From NCBI GenBank assembly GCA_964016885.1, contig OZ024754.1, positions 9,238,001 to 9,302,000 on the forward strand: a stretch of DNA of 64,000 nucleotides. Direction: 5' to 3'. Below the pieces are notes generated by a model that worked only from the letters and a program-made list of their open reading frames with translations, made no database searches and had not been told where the DNA came from. Made by a program: the position numbers and the translations under genes. This document shows, in pieces, positions 56,120 to 64,000 of the stretch (the first letter of the stretch is position 1; every line of letters begins with the position of its first letter). The DNA is from Eledone cirrhosa (lineage: Eukaryota).

Positions 56120-56268
56120 GTGATGATGGTGATGATGCTGATGATGATGATGATGATGATGGTGGTGATGATGATGATGATGATGATGATGATGGTGATG
56201 ATGATGGTGATGATGATGGTGATGATGGTGATGATGGTGATGATGCTGATGATGATGATGATGCTGAT
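55474..56268 (+). repeat. ~800-bp (GAT)n array, the expanded LINE tail
   Basis: Begins exactly at the RTE terminus GTTAAACGACGAC. Confidence 0.96.
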
Positions 56269-56419
56269 TGTTATATATGTGTGTGGGATTGTAGTGTAAT
56301 TATTTATTCTGAAGAAATTAGTGAAAATAATGTAAATTTTCTCGCTGCAGTAACTAACGTGTTATATCGTATAATTGGATGAAATTTGAAACACTCCTTC
56401 TATAAGATAATCTACAGAA

Positions 56420-58180
56420 ATAATAACACATGAGATATATAACACATGAGATATATAACACATGAGATAACACATGAGATAATAACACATGAGATAATAA
56501 CACATGAGATATATAACACATGAGATAACACATGAGATAATAACACATGAGATATATAACACATGAGATAATAACACATGAGATATATAACACATGAGAT
56601 AATAACACATGAGATATATAACACATGAGATAATAACACATGAGATATATAACACATGAGATATATAACACATGAGATAACACATGAGATAATAACACAT
56701 GAGATAATAACACATGAGATATATAACACATGAGATATATAACACGAGATATATAACACATGAGATAATAACACATGAGATATATAACACATGAGATAAT
56801 AACACATGAGATATATAACACATGAGATAATAACACATGAGATATATAACACATGAGATATATAACACATGAGATAATAACACATGAGATATATAACACA
56901 TGAGATAATAACACATGAAATATATAACACATGAGATATATAACACATGAGATATATAACACATGAGATAACACATGAGATAATAACACATGAGATATAT
57001 AACACATGAGATAATAACACATGAGATATATAACACATGAGATAATAACACATGAGATATATAACACATGAGATATATAACACATGAGATATATAACACA
57101 TGAGATATATAACACATGAGATATATAACACATGAGATATATAACACATGAGATATATAACACATGAGATATATAACACATGAGATATATAACACATGAG
57201 ATAATAACACATGAAATATATAACACATGAGATATATAACACATGAGATATATAACACATGAGATATATAACACATGAGATAACACATGAGATAATAACA
57301 CATGAGATATATAACACATGAGATATATAACACATGAGATAATAACACATGAGATATATAACACATGAGATATATAACACATGAGATATATAACACATGA
57401 GATATATAACACATGAGATATATAACACATGAGATATATAACACATGAGATATATAACACATGAGATATATAACACATGAGATATATAACACATGAGATA
57501 TATAACACATGAGATATATAACACGAGATAATAACACATGAGATATATAACACATGAGATAATAACACATGAGATATATAACACATGAGATAATAACACA
57601 TGAGATATATAACACATGAGATAATAACACATGAGATATATAACACATGAGATATATAACACATGAGATATATAATACATGAGATATATAACACATGAGA
57701 TAATAACACATGAGATAATAACACATGAGATATATAACACATGAGATATATAACACATGAGATATATAACACATGAGATATATAACACATGAGATATATA
57801 ACACATGAGATATATAACACATGAGATATATAACACATGAGATAACACATGAAATAATAACACATGAGATATATAACACATGAGATATATAACACATGAG
57901 ATATATAACACATGAGATATATAACACATGAGATATATAACACATGAAATATATAACACATGAGATATATAACACATGAGATAATAACACATGAGATATA
58001 TAACACATGAGATATATAACACATGAAATATATAACACATGAGATATATAACACATGAAATATATAACACATGAGATATATAACACATGAGATAATAACA
58101 CATGAGATATATAACACATGAGATATATAACACATGAGATAATAACACATGAGATATATAACACATGAGATATATAACAC
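56420..58180. repeat. Minisatellite of 16/15/12-bp units (AACACATGAGATATAT / AACACATGAGATAAT / AACACATGAGAT), about 115 copies
   Basis: Read directly. Confidence 0.98.
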
Positions 58181-58237
58181 AACACTGTTTTGAGGAGAAA
58201 TAGTTTTAGAAGCTTCTCTCAGTATATTGGTTCTGTA

Positions 58238-58636
58238 GGTGTGTGTATATGTATGTGTGGATAGAGGTGTGTGTATGTGTGTGTGGATATGTGTATGTGT
58301 GGATAGAGGTGTGTGGATAGAGGTGTGGATATGTGTGTGTGTATGTGTGTGTGTGTATGTGGATATGTGGATGTGTGTATGTGTGTGTGGATACGTGTGT
58401 GAGTGTGGATATGTGTATGTGTATGTGTGTGTGGATATGTGTGTGTGTGTGTGTGGATATGTGTGTGTGTGTGGATATGTGTGTGTGTGTGTGGATATGT
58501 GTGTGCGTGTGTATGTGTGGATATATGTGTGTGTGGATATATGTGTGTGTGTGTGTATGTGTGGATATGTGTGTGCGTGTGTATGTGTGGATATGTGTGT
58601 GTGTGGATGTGTGTGTGTGTGTATGTGTGGATATGT

Positions 58637-58667
<31 letters not shown>

Positions 58668-59053
58668 GATATGAATGTGTATGTGTGTGTATGTGTGTAT
58701 GTGTGTGTATGTGTATGTGTGTATGTATGTATATGTGTGTATGTATATGTGTATGTATATGTATGTATATGTGTGTATAAGTATGTATGTGTCTGTGTGC
58801 GTGTATGTGTGTATACGTGTGTGTGCATGTGTGTATATGTGTGTGTTTATGTGTGTATATATGTGTGTGTATGGTATATGGGTATTTGGGTGTGTATATG
58901 TGTGTATATGGGTGTGTATGTGTGTATATGTGTATATATGGGTGTGTATGTGTGTATGCGTATGTGCGTGTGCATATGTATGAGTGTGAGTGTGTGTGTA
59001 TGTGCATATGTGTATATGTGTGTGTGCATCTGTATGAGTGTATGTGTGTGTGT
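58238..59053. repeat. (TG)n compound tract with GTGGATAT punctuation
   Basis: Read directly. Confidence 0.93.
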
Positions 59054-59073
59054 GCTCATAAAAAGAACTAAAT

Positions 59074-59345
59074 AATAATTGTTTCTACTTTTGGCACAAG
59101 GCCAGCAATCACCCAGTACATTACTGGTACTTTATTTTATCGACCCCGTAAGGATGAAAGGCAAAGTTAACCTCGGCGGGATTTGAACTCAGACCATAAA
59201 GGGGCTGGAAAGCATGGGACCCGACCCTCTACCGATACTGCCAATCCACCAAATAATAATAATAATTGTTTATACTTTAGGCACAAGGCCACCAATCTGG
59301 GGGAAGGGCAAAATCGATTAAATCAACCCCAGTGTATTACTGGAT
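59074..59345 (-). mobile_element. Family-B SINE (59074-59250) plus a partial copy (59262-59345)
   Basis: Nin/Deu-like core and tails. Confidence 0.87.
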
Positions 59346-59384
59346 TACTGGTCTCTCCTGATAGGGGTGCCATACAACTACAGG

Positions 59385-59572
59385 TGCCCACACTGTACAA
59401 GTAGTTGGTGTTAGGAAGGGCATCCTGCTGTAAAAATCCCTGCCAAACTTACAGTCCCATCAGAGCAAGGTACAGCGGCATCAATTCTGGCCAGATTTGT
59501 CTTTTGATGTGGACAACTCGTCTAACCCATGCTAGCGTGGAAAATGGACGTCAAACAGTGATGATGATGATA

Positions 59573-59604
<32 letters not shown>

Positions 59605-59760
59605 ATCATCATCATAATTTAATGTCTATCTTCCACGCTAGCATGGGTTAGATGGGAGTTGTCCCACTTGAGGCAAGATTGGTCGGGTGATCATGTCTCG
59701 CTCGTATAGGACTATCTGGCAGGTTTTCTACGGCTGGATGCCCTTCCTAACACCAACCAC
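59385..59760. mobile_element. Two RTE 3' tails arranged tail-to-tail (+ 59385-59570; - 59601-59760) around (TATC)n
   Basis: AGGAAGGGCATCC..CATGCTAGCGTGGAA motif on both strands. Confidence 0.85.
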
Positions 59761-59791
59761 AATTTTACATTTTTGACTTAATTATTTATTT

Positions 59792-60252
<461 letters not shown>

Positions 60253-60844
60253 ATATATATATATTTATTAAAATAACAGATTTTAGTCTTCACATTTATT
60301 ATTATTACTATATATATATATATACATATATATATATAAGATATATAGTTATATATCACAAGGAATTAGTGACCAATTTTGTTGATATTTGTGAGACTTC
60401 AGAAAAGGACAGGAGGACCAAAGAAGTGATGTCCACATAATGGTATCTTTATAAACACAGCATAGAATATGACAAACAAATGCACTGAAACCAAAACATG
60501 GTTAAGAAAGATAATATGTTTTAAATAACTATCAACATCAGTATATATGCCTTAGAGAAAACAAGAGAGAATGGAAGAAACAACGAAAGATAGATAGAAC
60601 ATGAAAGGTTATAGGTTAGAGTCAAAATGTCTGTACAATGTCTGTCGAATAAGACAAATAATTAAAAATCAACCAGAAAGAAATAATAAGATATGGTATT
60701 GGAAATTATGTAGGAATATAATAAAAATGTAATAGAAAATACAAGTAAAAATATCAATTGTTTAAAATGATAAGTTAATATTTGTAAACAATATAAAGAA
60801 TAGTGTTGGTTATATTAAATGTTGTGGCTGTTGTTTGCAAAACA

Positions 60845-60965
60845 ACAATGGAGCTAAAGGCAAGTGAAGCACTGTCCCCCTGGAGCAGATACAAACTATG
60901 CAGTGTGGAAATGCCTCAACAGATTAAGATCTGGTGTTGGTCATGCAAAAGCCAATCTGGCAAAA
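60845..60965 (+). mobile_element. Putative RTE-X LINE ORF2 C-terminal fragment
   Basis: HCPPGADTNYAVWKCLNRLRSGVGHAKANLAK resembles the recalled PPG..W..LNRLR(T/S)G.G motif. Confidence 0.7.
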
Positions 60966-61470
60966 TCATCATCACCATTTTACATCCATTCATCCACACT
61001 AACATGGGTTAGATGGGTTGTTCTGTTGTGGGTAATGCCAGGTCAGGTGACCATGTCTTGTTCATACGGGAACTGATTTTGGCTTTATTTCTACAGCTGG
61101 ATGCCCTTCCCAACACCAGCCTCATTTACAGTGAGTACTGGGTGCCTTTTTACCGTGGTGCCACCTACATGACCACAGTGGACGTGTAGGCGCCACGGAA
61201 AAAAAAGCACCCATACCTCACTGTAAATGAGGTTGGTGTTAGGAAGGGCATCCAGCTGTAGAAATGAGATGATAGGGACTGGGGTCCCTATCATTCCACT
61301 GCAAAGTGGTCGTGTAGGTGCCACGGCAAAAAAGCACCCAGCACTCACTGTAAATGAGGTTGGTGTTAGGAAGGGCATCCAGCTGTAGAAATCAAGCCAG
61401 AATCAGTTCCCGTCCCACCCTTGCAAGCAGGGAAAAATGCGGACGGAAAATGATGATGATAATGATGATG

Positions 61471-61472
<2 letters not shown>
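60966..61472. mobile_element. Composite of SINE-A-like pieces: minus 60966-61175 and plus 61175-61472, with internal duplication
   Basis: Foldback at 61087-61265; the duplication junction is at the internal direct repeat CAGCTGTAGAAAT. Confidence 0.85.
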
Positions 61473-61517
<45 letters not shown>

Positions 61518-61676
61518 CACATATATACATATATATATATATACATATATACATATATACATATATACATATATATATACACATATATATATATATACAC
61601 ACATATATATATACACACATATATATATACACACACACATATATACACACATACATATATACACACATATATATAT

Positions 61677-61745
<69 letters not shown>

Positions 61746-61777
61746 TATATATCTATCTATATATATATATCTATCTC

Positions 61778-61821
<44 letters not shown>

Positions 61822-61833
61822 TATCTATCTCTA

Positions 61834-61867
<34 letters not shown>

Positions 61868-61868
<1 letters not shown>

Positions 61869-62204
61869 CATCATCATCATTTTATGTCCGCTTTTCCCTG
61901 CTTGCAAGGGTGGGGCGGGAACTCATTCTGGCTTGATTTCTACAGCTGGATGCCCTTCCTAACGCCAAGCTCATTTACACTGAATGCTGGGTGCTTTTTT
62001 GCCGTGGCACCTCTATGACCACTTTGCAGTGGAATGATAGGGACCCCAGTCCCTATCATCTCATTTCTACAGCTGAGTAAACTGGAGCAATGTCAAATAA
62101 AGTGTCTTGCTCAAGGACACAACACATCACCCGGTCTGAGAATTGAACTCACAACCTTTCGATTGCAAGCCCAATGCTCTAACCACTAAGCCATGTGCCT
62201 CCAT
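61868..62204 (-). mobile_element. SINE family A
   Basis: Full length. Confidence 0.94.
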
Positions 62205-62295
<91 letters not shown>

Positions 62296-63240
62296 TGAGA
62301 GAGAAAAGAAAAGATAGTGAATAAAAAAAGAGGAAAAAAAGAGAGTAAACAGTTGAATAAATTAAGTGAATGAAATTCTTAAGTTAATGATGATTCCATA
62401 ACTACATATTATAGAAAACTAGAATTAAATATTCCCAAAGTAAATTAGACTCTAGACTATGTTTTATCAGACTAATATATTTAATAAACAATGTGTGAGG
62501 AAATGAAAGAAGGAGTTGAGGTGAAATATAGGAGTTATAATTGAATAAATTATATATAGTAGATTTATTAAAGATTTATTTAATAAAATAATTGAATTTT
62601 ATATAAGAAATTTCTGGTAAAAACATACCTAGCATTTAGTGTTTTCAAAAATATAAGGATCAGAATTGACTTTACTAAAATTGACTTTATTATCAGTAAA
62701 AATGAGACAAGATTACTATTGTGTATTGATATCTATGCTAAAATAAAAAAAAAAGACTAAATCTTAATTATGTTAATCAAAAATATAATTTAGAATTAAA
62801 GAAATAACATTTATTTTAATTATTTCTCAGTAAGAATAAATATTTATTTGCAACTTAAAAGTATTGTTCAACATATATTTACTAAGAATAGAGGAATTTT
62901 ATCTGGAAAAAATGTTTAATTATAGACAACTAATTATTTAGAATATTTGAATAATTATAATTTTCTAAGAGGAGGAAAACACTATTATCTATACAAGATC
63001 ATAAACCAATCTTGAAAAAAAAAAATTAAAAAGTATAAAAAATTTCTACATAAGAAGATTTTCATGTAATTTTATTCATGAAATTGTTATAAAAATTCAA
63101 AAATTAACAATTAATTTTATAATTATTACTCATGTATAAACAAGTATATACATACAAAGTAAAATTTATCCTCCCACGTTTATATAGTAATGATAATAGA
63201 ATTAATGTTTGAAAGTATTTAAAAATAGGGAATTGATTAT

Positions 63241-63300
63241 AGAGACTGGAGAGTAATGAAGCAACCATACTTTGTTGGATGTTCAATGTAAATGACAGAA
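63241..63300 (+). mobile_element. Tiny RTE ORF2 remnant
   Basis: RLESNEATILCWMFNVNDR, compared with RLERNEACMLRWMCNSNIR in the 48.6-kb LINE. Confidence 0.55.
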
Positions 63301-63374
63301 CTTGAGTGATAATTCCCCAAATGAGGAAAATTTATTATCTATGTAGGATGATAAACCATTCCAGGATAAGAATT

Positions 63375-63800
63375 ACGAAAGTTTGTGGGCAGCAAATAAT
63401 AATTTCTTGTTGTCTATTCAAAATAGGTTTATGAGACATTATTATTTCCTGAACTTCAATTGAACAGAGATTACATTCACAAACATCTTCTTTGTACTGA
63501 CTGGCAGTATTAATTATAAATCAGTGTAAACTATATTCTATGCTGGAATCACATAAAACTCAAATAAATTGCACAAGTGAAGTAGTAGTGTTTTTCTTAT
63601 TTTAATTGTAAAAGATTGTAAATGTATATAGCACCATATCTTGAAAGATTTGATGTAGTTCTTATATGAAAACAGTTTCAGCTAGTTACCACAACAACTA
63701 TACATTTATACACTACATCCTCCCTCAGACAATGTTCTTTGAATGGACAATTCTCAGGGATTCTACAAGTACACTCAATATTTTCTGATCTACTAATTTT
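63375..63800 (-). pseudogene. Penelope-like element GIY-YIG endonuclease remnant
   Basis: CTCRIPENCPFKEHCLREDVVYKC..FHIRTT/SFKIWCYIHLQSF..SLVQFI*VL..H*FII..CNLCSIE..ILNRQQEI..C matches the recalled PLE pattern C.C..CP..CL..VVY..YIG..FK.R..H..SF..IW..W..CNLC.EK..LN. Contains stops and a frameshift. Confidence 0.85.
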
Positions 63801-63849
63801 AAATATTCTAAGCACTATGTTCTCATAAAAACAACAAACATAAAATGTT

Positions 63850-64000
63850 GATCCATCCATATCCAGTTTTGGTCTTTAGGGTGCTGCGGTTGTCCTGGAC
63901 TCCGAGGTAAGCAACACCAGGCAATGTCTCATAGCCGCTGCTCATAGTATTGACATCGGCCAAGTTCTATTTATACAAATCACTCTTCACACACTCCAAC
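63850..64000 (-). mobile_element. Probable LINE (RTE-like) 3' end inserted in the Penelope remnant
   Basis: Minus strand LECVKSDL..L followed by a short UTR and a GGATATGGATGGAT tail. Confidence 0.5.

Noticed and set aside
55456-56382. 308-aa Asp-rich ORF (like acidic biomineralisation proteins)
   Set aside because: It is the expanded (GAT)n tail of an RTE LINE; there is no signal peptide or gene structure.
56354-58828. 824/607/584-aa ORFs in all three minus frames
   Set aside because: Stop-free minisatellite and microsatellite sequence.

Overview
Eukaryotic, AT-rich, repeat-saturated non-genic (intronic or intergenic) DNA. The repeat repertoire points to a coleoid cephalopod, most likely Octopus (inference): tRNA-derived CORE-like and Nin/Deu-domain SINEs, RTE LINEs with (GAT)n tails, and very dense AT/CA/CAT microsatellites. 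No host protein-coding exon could be supported, and almost all ORFs in the track are microsatellite artefacts. Contents: (1) a ~17.8-kb minisatellite of ~53-bp units; (2) several other minisatellites, two of them derived from the end of a piggyBac-like MITE; (3) more than 25 SINE copies of at least four families; (4) RTE LINE fragments, including one RT with an inserted PHD finger and one 3' end with three C2H2 fingers; (5) RTE-X, CRE-like, Helitron and Penelope (GIY-YIG) remnants. The most notable signal is a set of minimal type-I hammerhead-ribozyme folds of the Penelope-like kind. Most lie at 35.5-40.4 kb and one lies at 50.4 kb. They include one clean copy, one split by a SINE next to its cleavage site, and a family with a variant CAGANGA core. 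All calls were made by eye; no searches or folding programs were run.
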